Source: Batkoa obscura
Taxonomy: Eukaryota
Reading direction: 5' to 3'
Length of the DNA: 64,000 nt
NCBI GenBank assembly: GCA_030770535.1
Contig: JASVEC010000011.1
Location: forward strand, 496,001 to 560,000
Below the pieces are notes generated by a model. It searched no databases and had not been told where the DNA came from. It saw only the letters and a program-made list of their open reading frames with translations. Shown here piece after piece: positions 22,001-31,750 of this stretch. Within the stretch, counting starts at the first letter, position 1. Each line of letters starts with the position of its first letter. A program made the position numbers and the translations under genes.

Positions 22001-23057
22001 TTAATAAGTTCTTAGGAGAAATAACGGGAATTCCAGACTGTTTATATGCTATCTCCGGATATTGATGAATTACGGATTCTGATCCGCAGAGAGTGACATC
22101 AATTAATTTATTGTTGGTCCGATAGTTCATTATACGGCAGCCAGGAGATTTATTGTTTATCATATTGATAGATAGGTCTCTTGGTTTATTGTAGTACATT
22201 GGGATGGATTGATCTAATATTTTTAAGATATTTTGATCGTACAACAATTGACAACCGTGTTTCACAAAGAATTCGGTGCCTAGGAGGAAGTCATAACCTT
22301 CACTTTCTAATACTATTGCTGGAAAGGCTAAGGTTAGTTTTCCAAATTTGATTGGTATTGATGAGTATGCTCCTAGTGCTGTAGTAGTTCCAGTTCCAGC
22401 TGTACCAAAGGTGTCTGAGCAATCTATATCTGGTTTAAAGGATAATCGTTTTACCAGACGACTCGATATGAAATTGATAGGAGCTCCACTATCTAATATG
22501 ATGCGTACATTCTTTTTATAAATTGACGCATTGATGTAAGTACAATCGATGGAGTTAGCTTTGTCATCGAGGTTTACTAAAAGAATCTGTTTATTTGGAT
22601 TCTGGTATTCTCTAATAATTTTTCTAAATGCAATTGCTAAGTCTGATTCTCCAGTTAAGATCTTGTCTAGCGGGATTGGGATCGTAACATTGGTTAACCA
22701 CTGATGCGTGTTATCTAGTTCGCTTTGTGTGAGGGATAGTTTAGATAAATCAGATAATTGTGAGATGTAAGGTTTGGAGATCTCGTTCATTGGAATCGAA
22801 TCAGGAGCATTAATAGAGTTATCAGGTAGCTTGAAAATTCGAGGTGGAATGACTTTAGGGATTTCCACAACAGGGACTTTTTTCTTTTTAGGTCTACCAC
22901 GAATTCGCGAAGGAAGTGCTAGGATGAGGGTAGAGGGGTCAAATTTTGAAAGCGTATTAAATTTAAGGTCTAATCCAGTGCTTTCATCTGGATCAGGAGG
23001 AATTTTTAACTTCGTGGAAGGGGGATCCTCATTTATCCTCCCACTTAGAAGTTTTTT
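19035..23057 (-). CDS. pol: Pol (protease, dUTPase-like domain, RT, RNase H, integrase), probably expressed as a Gag-Pol fusion by -1 frameshift
   Basis: ILDSGA, YLDD, LHTDAS, HHCC zinc finger, DDE core, WDGPY; frame is open from the AAAAAAC site at the end of gag. Confidence 0.95.
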   Translation of the reverse strand, partial: KKLLSGRINEDPPSTKLKIPPDPDESTGLDLKFNTLSKFDPSTLILALPSRIRGRPKKKKVPVVEIPKVIPPRIFKLPDNSINAPDSIPMNEISKPYISQLSDLSKLSLTQSELDNTHQWLTNVTIPIPLDKILTGESDLAIAFRKIIREYQNPNKQILLVNLDDKANSIDCTYINASIYKKNVRIILDSGAPINFISSRLVKRLSFKPDIDCSDTFGTAGTGTTTALGAYSSIPIKFGKLTLAFPAIVLESEGYDFLLGTEFFVKHGCQLLYDQNILKILDQSIPMYYNKPRDLSINMINNKSPGCRIMNYRTNNKLIDVTLCGSESVIHQYPEIAYKQSGIPVISPKNLLIPPKSQIVLDTEISLWIPKEFHLSIYSIEGVSQLEPLTMPGILGNNMNETIKLLLANITKKEINISRGQQIGTIYVENNALINTFSKFATLEEFQIHEEAPNNQALFVEKDTINHLNQDEQLQFYKLLEEYKDIFATSEEDIGCARNTKHKVYTCDSLPVATKAYRKSQSELKAEREEVQKLLRLGLIIPSNSPWASPLMIVKKKDGTNRVVMDYRKLNKITKKDVYPLPRIDDAVDRLQGAKYFSAMDLISGYWQVEMDPEDQEKCALITSEGLFQPTRMPQGLSNAPATFQRLMDNTLGDLKLSCVLIYLDDLNVFSRTFIDHLTHLKAVFERLRQANLKLKPKKCSFFQTSLEFLGYKVSDKGLAPIPNKLDAVKELLPPTTMREVQVFLGLMNYYRRFIKDFSNLATPLFQLLKKEVKFQWKEEHQQAFEELRNKLLNAPVLMFPNFSKPFSLHTDASLTAVGGVLSQLDDNNCEHPIAYTSRTLSKHERNYTTTEKECLAIIHAIKAFRPYIYGTHFTVITDHVSLKWLYSITNPEGRLARWALKLQSYSFDIVYKPGKDHQNADGLSRLPRICLATPIDDDLYNLLGNKDKWPQQQPELKQWLEKNAQNIIVRDNALYKKIKGTYIPYIRPSSRLSACQQFHDVICGHSAFQKTYDTMKVSCYWESMIPDLEDFINNCDVCKREQSKIKATAYKFILPKHAFHTVSIDVIGPLCEASSVRGNKFIVVAIDHLTKWVEAKAIPNQTSFHISKFIYEDIICRHGSPQVILTDNAANFVNLVLPKLARLMAIKHSTAAPYHPETNGMVERVNGTLVRILRKLAFDKTSSWDEYLHSAILAYRYSVHSITKKSPFVMLYGRHPGLPISFAPLIVRQEEMSPDMYLLKLTKKLIAIQVDAFNALTDSKTRRYRQDISRLPRLAVFKVGDIVHLYPSYNQSRKNKLALKWDGPYEVIHKHLYDSYSIKHKRTSVIYNRVHAKFLKSAM

Positions 23058-25561
23058 GACTCGTTATCGGAGTCGACAAACTTCTCAGTATCATCGCCTT
23101 CAGTATCGTTATAATTGAGGTGATTTATTTGTTTATTTTTATTGAAACGTTCATTGTTGCGAACATTCTTTTCGAAATAATATTTAAAAATACCATTTTC
23201 TGGCTTTGGTTCAGTGCAGTTAACGGTAATGTGTCCATATTCACCACAGTTCCAGCATCCAGTAAATACTCGAGATTTACGATGGTTGGAGTAGTGTTGT
23301 TGAGTGATGGTAAAACAATGAAGGTATTCGTTGTTGTCCATCCCTTTATCTATGTGATTAACATATAATTTCTTGGGTCTAACTTCACTTTTTGGACTTC
23401 CAAGGTATAATTCTAAAATCTCTATCATCTGTGTAACGTTGGTGATGTTATGATGAGGATCTAGAAAAAGGCATGCGATATGACTTGGAAGGTTTCGCTG
23501 GAAGGCCAGGCGGAGGTCTGTAACGCTTAACTTTCCACAGGAAATTAAGGCATTAGCACGATTTCTTACGTTTGTAATGAAACTCTCAAGTTTACTTTCG
23601 TCGTCTAAACGTAAAGATAAGAGGGCTGCCTTTTTTGCTTCCATTTTTACATCGGAATCATAATGGTCTATAAACGCCTTTTTGAAGGAATCCCAATTAC
23701 TGCGTAAGTCGTCAGGTAAAGTCATGCACCAAGAAAGTTCATTTGTTTGTAGTTGACCTAAAAGGCATTGAGGACGACATTCATAGGTCCAGTTGTTGGC
23801 ATCGAGATGAACTTCTAGAGCTTTAATGAAGGTAGTAGCAGTAATTTCACTTGGATTGAATAAAAGACTAAAATTAAACTTTGTGTTAACAGGTTGGGAG
23901 CTTCTTGGGTAGTTGTGGCGGTGTGTTGAGAAGCTATGTGATTTTGGATCGTTACCAGAAGGTCCAGGATGACTAAAATAAGCGTCATGGGTATTGTGTG
24001 ATATACCATGATCATGTTGAACAGTAATCGGATCGGCTTGTACATAGTGAGGTGAAGATTTCTCATAGGATATATGTTGAGCGATTTGAGGAGCAATATG
24101 TGATGACTTATTTTTGTTAAAAGGATTGGCTAAGTTGACTTCAGCATAAGATTGTACACGAGGTCGTATTGGATCAGCGTTAGATCCTGTAGCAGGATTT
24201 CTTGAGTAAATACCATCAGTAGGTACAGCAGTCATTCTAGGATTTGATTGGGGTAGGTATGTGGAAACTTGAGGAGAGTTCTCTTCTTTCTTTGTTTGAT
24301 CATCCGGTTGTACCAAGTGAACAGAACCATGATACTTATGGTTTATTTGATATTCAGTACCAAAGATAGATTCTGTGGCACTATCACCCAGATCATATAT
24401 ATTGTATCTTGGAACGTCTCTGTAACTCGAGAGTCTGGAGGGAGGTGCTGAAACAGCAATACGCTCCTTTCTACAATTGCAAGAAGATGCCTTGATTTGG
24501 TTAGTATTGGAAGCTACCTTAGTCTGAAGAAGAATGAGCTCTTCTCTGGTACTCTGTATGTTACGCGAGATTTCCTCCCAGTCAACTACTGTTTGTTCTT
24601 TGTCCAGTCTAATTTGTTCCTTCAAATTATTATTGGAGGTGATAAGCTGGCTAATGGTAGTCACTTGTTGAGCCATTTGTTCATTACAAACAGCTAAATC
24701 TTGTTCTAAAGCCAAGATTCTAGCATCTTTGGTTGAAGTAGATGGAGGGGATTGTTCAATACAGGATAAGCGGTGATTATACTCTTTGAATTTATTCATT
24801 AGCGATCTATGGAGTTCTGCGAAAGTGGCTTTTGTTTTTCCGTCGATATCTGAGATTCTTTCAGTAGTATGGTCATTGATCTCAGTGAGGGAAAGGTTGA
24901 TCTCATCGGAGATTTTAACAAGTTCAGAATGTAGAGCAGTATCGAGCTGACGTAATTCAGCTTTGAGATCTCCTACTTCTCTTACTAATTCTCTGTGGGC
25001 TTCATAGGTAACGGTGTTATTAAGTCTTTGATTGAGCTCATTTAACTTACTAACATGGAGTTCATTTGAAGGGGCGATGACACCACTCTTTTGGTTACTG
25101 ATCATGGAAAGGTTGTTAACCGTAGCTAAAAGTGAGCTCAAAGAGGTAGACAATTCATTGTTATGAATTGAAAGACGGTCGAGTTCACCAACCATCTGGA
25201 TGAGTTTGTTGTGCAGGAACTCTACTAGATATTGTTGAACGTGGGAAAGGGTAGGTACCGTTTGGTACTGGGCACGAAAATTGATTTGAGTACTGGAGCC
25301 ACTATTTTGGTATTGTCTCCAAGCGGAGAGGTCACCATCAAGGACGTGCATAGGGACAGCTCCGTAGGTAACGACTGAGTTTACAACGTGAGGAGGTAGT
25401 GCAGCTTGATTTAAAGCAGCAGTTTCTATTTCTGGGGTCAGAACACTAGCTTCCTCTTCATCACTACTACCCATGTCGTATTCAGTGATGATCAACTGTT
25501 GACGGTTATCAAGAAGGTATTTTGAGTCCGCAAAATAAGGTGCAAGACCATTGTCGACCAT
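23045..25561 (-). CDS. gag: Gag, 838 aa, with N-terminal coiled coil and C-terminal CCHC knuckle
   Basis: CWNCGEYGHITVNC; capsid-like WDSFKKAFIDHY; lies between PBS and pol. Confidence 0.92.
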   Translation of the reverse strand: MVDNGLAPYFADSKYLLDNRQQLIITEYDMGSSDEEEASVLTPEIETAALNQAALPPHVVNSVVTYGAVPMHVLDGDLSAWRQYQNSGSSTQINFRAQYQTVPTLSHVQQYLVEFLHNKLIQMVGELDRLSIHNNELSTSLSSLLATVNNLSMISNQKSGVIAPSNELHVSKLNELNQRLNNTVTYEAHRELVREVGDLKAELRQLDTALHSELVKISDEINLSLTEINDHTTERISDIDGKTKATFAELHRSLMNKFKEYNHRLSCIEQSPPSTSTKDARILALEQDLAVCNEQMAQQVTTISQLITSNNNLKEQIRLDKEQTVVDWEEISRNIQSTREELILLQTKVASNTNQIKASSCNCRKERIAVSAPPSRLSSYRDVPRYNIYDLGDSATESIFGTEYQINHKYHGSVHLVQPDDQTKKEENSPQVSTYLPQSNPRMTAVPTDGIYSRNPATGSNADPIRPRVQSYAEVNLANPFNKNKSSHIAPQIAQHISYEKSSPHYVQADPITVQHDHGISHNTHDAYFSHPGPSGNDPKSHSFSTHRHNYPRSSQPVNTKFNFSLLFNPSEITATTFIKALEVHLDANNWTYECRPQCLLGQLQTNELSWCMTLPDDLRSNWDSFKKAFIDHYDSDVKMEAKKAALLSLRLDDESKLESFITNVRNRANALISCGKLSVTDLRLAFQRNLPSHIACLFLDPHHNITNVTQMIEILELYLGSPKSEVRPKKLYVNHIDKGMDNNEYLHCFTITQQHYSNHRKSRVFTGCWNCGEYGHITVNCTEPKPENGIFKYYFEKNVRNNERFNKNKQINHLNYNDTEGDDTEKFVDSDNESKNF

Positions 25562-25690
25562 AGTTGAGAATTAAGGAGGTTAAGGGGGTTTTTCTTTGTT
25601 TGGGGTGGTTACGCGGTAAGGACCGTAAAGGAAAGATTATAAAGGCTATCTAAAATAGTTATAAGAGCTTTCCCAGTTATGAGCGCCAAA

Positions 25691-26090
25691 TGTGAAATCT
25701 GGTACTCAGGGTTTGGAGTCAAGAACAGCTATTGCTGGGTTGACTACACTATAAGTCGAAAGGTCTTAGTTTATGTGACTAAGATAGACTTGGGTTATGA
25801 GGAATAGCACGTAATAGGTTACAAGCTATATAAGACAAATAGAATAGACAATACTAATGTAAAATCTATGTAAAATACTATTAAGAAAACTTAGTGGCTT
25901 TATTAAATGTTCGAGATATCAGGGATTAATTCAGTTAAAAAGCCTCGAACTATTATATTCTGTAAACTCTTTTATACTCTGAAAAGTATAAGTATCAAAA
26001 TGAGAAGATAATATTCTTTTGGGTGGAACTAGAAATTCTCATAACAAATCAAAATAATTAACCATGGGACTGACAAAGCGATATTTCACA
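25691..26090 (-). repeat. 5' LTR
   Basis: Direct repeat of 18538-18937; followed on the minus strand by TT-TGGCGCTC. Confidence 0.97.
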
Positions 26091-26611
26091 CCTATACATA
26101 TAACAGTATTACATATCTAATGGTACCAATTAGAGAGGCTTCATACATTAACATTGACGCTGTTAGTTGTCATTTCGTACCAAAGTTGTTATACTAGTGA
26201 GTGCTTAGCCGACCAACCATATATTCTTTAGATAGTTTGAGGAATAACTGGCTAAGTTGGAAGTTGATAAAGCTATCCTTAGAACGATGCTATGTACCAG
26301 GAAGAGTTATTTAAAGAGTAAATCACAATAACATATTGAATATAATTAGCTGGTAACTGTACAACATTAGAGATACTATTTAGTAGAGTCATTGACTGTT
26401 ACTTTTGGTTTGAATTGAAATGTTTATTGGTAAAATATGGAATGATTTAAATTTGGTTAAAATAAATTTAAATATTTTAATTTAAATTATTAATATAACT
26501 TAAAAATAGTAATCCTATTAGTATGCTATTAGCCAAAAATTTAAACTATTTAATTGCTGAATCATACATATATATATGTTGTCGAATATTAAATAAATTT
26601 GTAAATGAGAT

Positions 26612-26709
26612 GGGGATGTCTCTTTTTGTTTAAGAAATTTACTAACATTTTTTTGGCTCAATAGTACTTAAAAAAAAGAAAAAAGTGATAAAACCAAAAA
26701 AACACCCCC
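26612..26709 (-). mobile_element. MITE family A (diverged)
   Basis: GGGGATGTC...ACACCCCC, flanks AGAT/ATAT. Confidence 0.82.
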
Positions 26710-27134
26710 ATATAATAAATTTTAAAGCACACATTATGTCAAAACTATATAGTTACAATAAAAAATATTTATATTTGTATTTATAATTGATATAAGATTC
26801 TTTTTATTTGATGTCATATAAGTTATAAAAAGTAAAATAATTTATTAAATTTAGCCGGAAGACTATAGAAAGTTTAACCAAAATGCTATATTGTATACAT
26901 AAGCTATTTTGTTTTTTATATAACATTGTTATCTTTTTTTATTTATCAGTTTGATTGTTACATTTGGTATAAATTATAAAATCATACTTTAAAATTAAAA
27001 TTATTAGTATGATTATAGATTTTAATTCAAATGCTTTAAAGAACATCAATAATTAAATGATTTTAGAAACAGATAATTGATTAAAAAATTAATTGTAAAC
27101 TTTGTTTTGTGATTTTTAATAAATTTATTGTATT

Positions 27135-30100
27135 CTAATTGGTACTAGCGTAATATAAGAACCCTTTTCTAATAGTGGCATCGACTCCAGATTGGATTTG
27201 ACTATCAACTTCTGTTTCTTCAGCATCATTTACTTTACCATAAGATGCTAAAAGGAATCCTTGTTCTTTGACTAATTGTATTAAAAGGGGTACTTTAATT
27301 AAAGGCGTAGCTTCAGCAATAATTCCTAATAAATTATTTCGTTTAGCAAATTGTACTGCTGATTTGATACTATTAATTTCTCTAGCATCCTCTTCATTTG
27401 AAAAACCTGCCCCTGTAGATATAAATACAGCATCTATAATTTGTTAATATTATGTATATAAATAAATAAATAGCATACAATTAGGTTGCTTCCAATTGAG
27501 AGCGTTACATATGGGTGGATAAAAAGAGGAAAAGATGAAAGAGCGTTGAATTTTAGAACTATTGGCCATTTCATAAATCTGGTCTAATACTGTGTCGGTA
27601 AAGGTATTAATATCCGGCAAATGGATATCCTTCATGAAATGCGGATATTTAATATCTAGACATAAACCTAAATCATGGGGTAGCATGCCCATAATTTCTC
27701 TTAAAGATAAATGTTGACTATTTATATTTTTAATCACCATATCTCTATCCATTTTATTTAATTGATTTATAAACTCGTCGCTGTTACTAGTGTTATTTGA
27801 GCTATTTTTGAATTGTTCAAAAGTCATTGTAAATGGAGAAATTTCTAATTGCTGAATAGAAACAGTCCAGTCAGAATAAACAATCGGCACCGAATCCTTA
27901 GTTAGTTGGACTCCTAATTGGATATATTCTTGAGCTAAAGAAGAAGCGGTAACTAAAGAAGCTATAGAACCATTAGTACCAATAAATGTTTCTTGTACTG
28001 GGGCTTTCCAATATGTTTGGATTTTACCACCAACTTCCAAATTTACATTGCTATATGGTTTGACTAAGTTAAATGAAAAGTTGACTTCTCCAACGACTTT
28101 AAGATGTGAATCAAACAATGGGATGCACATAGATTTACTTTCTTTATAATTGAAATGGGAAGATAAAGCCACTCCTTTGCCTATTACCTTTGAACCAAAA
28201 GTAGGGAAAATGCTAAATTCCAGACTGAAGTTATCCAGACTATTTACTTCGAAGTTAATAGTTTCATGATCTTCAGCTAAAGGCAAGATTACAGACTGTG
28301 ATTCATTTATTATATTGTTTTCTACGTGATGTTGTTTTGGGTTCATGATTAACTTTAGAGATGTTATTTTACTGTTACCATACAAATGAACTGCGGGCCT
28401 ATTGCTTCCCCAACCAAGTTTAACTTGAACTAAGTACCTTTTATCCAAGTAATTATGACCATAAATACGGAATGGCAACAGCGGTGGTGGTAATAAAAGA
28501 GAAGGTATTTCATCAAGGATTTCATTGCCATTCGTGTGTTCTTCTATTGAGAACTCTTTTTGATTTTTTTCACCATTTATATTGTTGTTACCTTGGTTTG
28601 CTTGTATAGAGTTGGGGCAACCTGAGCTTAAGAGTAATTCAACGCACTCTGAATGGCCCTCATAAGCAGCATAATAAACTGGGGTCAACCCACTTTCATC
28701 ATAAACATCTTTTTTGCAACCAGCCTCTAATAATATTTTTAAGCAAGATAGATGCCCATCAGAAGCAGCATAAAATAAAGGTGTCCAACCCTTATCTGAG
28801 TCAACAGCATTCAAATCAGCTCCATGCTCAGTTAACAGTAAACAAATCTCTTGATGACCCTCACGACAAGCTAAATGTAAAGGGTGAAGCCCATTTTGAT
28901 CGCCGATTAATAACGTTGACATATTTTTAATTTTGTTTAGTAAAAGTATTAAAATGTCTTTATGTCCATGTTGACTGGCTAATGACAAAGTCTGATTCAC
29001 ATCTTCTTTTAACTCTCCAATTTCATTTAATAAAACTTCAACACAGTCGGTAAAACCCCCAGAAACAGCATATAGTAAGGCGGTAAAGCCTTCATGATCT
29101 AAAGGATGCGCATCTGCTCCAGAAGTCAACAACAATTTCATAGAATTTAAATTTCCGTAAATAGAAGAATAATGTAAAGCAGATCTACCATAAATATCTA
29201 CTAAGTTAAGGTCTGTTTGATGCTTAATAATTAAAGGTATCAAATTTAAATTTCCATTAATAGTAGCTTCGTGTAAGCAACTTCTATAAGATATATCATC
29301 TACGTAATTAAAGTTAATCAACTGCTTGTATTTTAATAAAATGGTGATTATTTCCATTGGGCTATTTTCTGAACAAGCTCTCCAAAATATACTAGACATG
29401 TTAAATTCTTTATTAGTTTGTAAATGATTTATATCATTCAGTTTTTCTTCAAGTAAACTAGGAATACCGCTTAATATTGCTTGGAATAATTCTTCTTCTA
29501 AATTATCGGTATTTTCATCATTAGCTCCCTCTAATATTTCAACTTCATTTTCATCTTGTTGATTTACGTTGTTGCTAGAGCTACCATTCTCCATGTAACT
29601 TTGAATTTCCATTAAATTAAAACTACAGCTATCTGCTAAGTCGGCCATCACTTCTTTATTAAAACATTTTTGTACTTTTACTTGCCTTGATAAATAGCTA
29701 TCCTTCATTGATTGACGGTTTACTTTATCCCATTTCTTCAAAATCTTGCGGAATCCAGTACCATTAATCTCAACAAATTGCTATAGTAATCGTTTTTAAT
29801 AAAAATTATTGAATTTCACCATACAAATTACCTGCAATTTGTCTAAATCTTGCTGGTATTTTATAAATGCCTCTTGTAAATTTTTCCATACACCTAATTG
29901 CTTAGAAAAGTCCTTTTTATTTGAAATCACCTTTTTTTTGTCTAATAAGCTTCGCAAACGTACTTGTAATTCATTCTCTTTTTTCAAGTAAAATGAATTT
30001 ACCTAAGTAAATAAATATTAATTATTACTACTTCAAAGTATGAATAATTTACCTTTTCCAATTCTCTATCCAATCTAAAAAAAAAAGTAGCTGACTGACT

Positions 30101-30316
30101 GCTTTTTTCTTCATCTTCAGTAATTTCACTATTTAAGCTAGCAATAGTTATTACACCATGACTTATTTGATTTGGTTTTCCGATGATTTTTTTCAAACCT
30201 TTATAATTCATATAATGGTGAGACCACTCAGGAAAGGCTTGGTCTTGAATTTGCTTTCCGAACTGATAAAAATAAACAAATCAGCTTATAAGTAAAAGAA
30301 AGTGAACTACCTTCAT
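27135..30316 (-). CDS. PHO81: SPX-ankyrin-degenerate GDPD protein, Pho81/NUC-2-like; complement(join(27135..27433,27479..29780,29832..30002,30053..30262,30311..30316))
   Basis: Spliced start MK|FGKQIQ...YMNYKGLKK; INGTGFRKILKKWDK; multiple ankyrin repeats; ALNWKQPNY motif; four GT-AG introns keep the frame. Confidence 0.85.
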
Positions 30317-30952
30317 TCTATTGAATACTTGGCTTTATTGACCTTAGTTCTTAATTATATTATTGAAAAAGCACTTAGGTTTAAATCTAAAATTCAAATA
30401 ATTCTAAAAGTTTCAAAATTCCACTTTATTACTATCACCTTGATATATTATAACAAGTACTGTATTCCTCTCAAAAAAGTTTTTACTTTTTGTTCTTTAT
30501 CTTTCCCATTTTAGTATAGTAATATGATTGATCTCTATTCCTTCACTAACGTTAAAGAACCTATCATCAAAAAATGTGGTTGTAAAATGTAAATCTAATT
30601 GGCTAATTTAAATTATGATATTTTCGAAACTATAATCACCATTGGTTAAAATTTCTTAAAGTGAGATTACAAAAATGAATCTAATTGGCTTTTAATTGGG
30701 AAAGCAAATAAAATCAAAGGAGCATGTGGCAATTTCTTGGGATTATACCTATACCTATTCTTACATGATTTTATTTTTTCAAAAATGGTTATTGGTTTAA
30801 AATTTTATTCATTTCTTAATAAAGGACTTTATCCTAACACTTTAAGCTTCTTCCATAATTAAATTTCTGGCTATTTGTATGATTTAAATTTACGAATGCA
30901 TTGTTATAGTTTGACCTTGATTTTTCATTTCATATATTTCACTTTGGTCATT

Positions 30953-31054
30953 ATAGGTAGGTAGATTTATACTGGGGTTTTTTATGTGGTTTTAGAACAA
31001 ATAAAAATACAGCCATAACAAACAATAAGCCCCAGTATAAACCTATCCACTTAT
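30953..31054. repeat. ~100-bp inverted-repeat element (MITE-like)
   Basis: TAGGTAGGTAGATTTATACTGGGG ... CCCCAGTATAAACCTATCCACTTA. Confidence 0.6.
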
Positions 31055-31173
31055 GTTTAAACTTTATACCTTATCCTTTCATTCATCCACTATTGATTGA
31101 GACAAAACACCATCAACTTTAAAAATTTGGTAGGTTTCCAAAAAGAACTTATAAATTAATTTAACTCTTGATT

Positions 31174-31249
31174 TAATTTTTATATTTACTCAGAATTATT
31201 TCTACCTAGTCATCTAAGTAAAAATAATTCTGAGCGAATATAAAAATCA
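31174..31249. repeat. Imperfect palindrome/hairpin
   Basis: TTTTTATATTTACTCAGAATTATTT ... AAATAATTCTGAGCGAATATAAAAA. Confidence 0.6.
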
Positions 31250-31262
31250 AACTAAAATATTA

Positions 31263-31536
31263 GGGAATGTTTTTTATCTATTACCCTTTTTATTTTTTAA
31301 AATTTAGAAATTAGTTAACTAATGCAGCTATTTAAGTTTGAATGTATGCTGGCAAGTGATGAATTTTATGACCAATTATTTGCTCTACATACTGGCTTGC
31401 AACTTATTGATTTAGTTTTTATTTTAAAATGAACAGTTGGCTAGCATACATCCAAGCTTGAATAGTGTACTGGTTAATTGATTTTTAAACTTAAAAAATA
31501 GTAAAAAAGAACAATCAATTGGCAAAAAACATCCCC
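31263..31536. mobile_element. 274-bp foldback MITE (family B) with family-A-like termini
   Basis: GGGAATGTTTTTT...AAAAAACATCCCC, direct ATTA TSD, ~100-bp imperfect inverted arms. Confidence 0.75.
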
Positions 31537-31750
31537 ATTATTTGAAAATGGCTAGCATCTCAATAAATATTAGCTCAATAAAAACGAGTCATCAAAGGAA
31601 TTGTGGATTTCGTAAAAGATGTAACATAAAAAGTATAAAATTAATAATGCCTATTTATTTACTTGAACTAAAATACACTAAATTTACTACCCTTATTAAA
31701 ATATTTAGGTATAACTTCGAAACTTTTTAATCATTGCCAGTAAGTTATTT

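Larger units (their letters stand above)
18538..26090 (-). mobile_element. Full-length Ty3/Gypsy LTR retrotransposon
   Basis: 400-bp TG...CA LTRs at 18538-18937 and 25691-26090; 4-bp TSD CCTA; PBS-like TGGCGCTC next to the 5' LTR; PPT AGGGAGGGAAA next to the 3' LTR; gag and PR-RT-RH-IN pol. Confidence 0.98.

Noticed and set aside
25671..25690. PBS primed by the tRNA-Ile encoded in this window
   Set aside because: PBS TGGCGCTCATA matches the expected TGGTGCTCCGT only 7 of 8 and then diverges; the primer cannot be assigned without the tRNA set
26091..26400. Older LTR into which the Gypsy element inserted (TGTTAC at 18515 to ~26366)
   Set aside because: No matching terminal repeat or clean TSD, and no second copy in the window
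30311..30316. 6-nt first coding exon of the PHO81-like gene
   Set aside because: An intron right after the MK start is ordinary for fungal SPX genes
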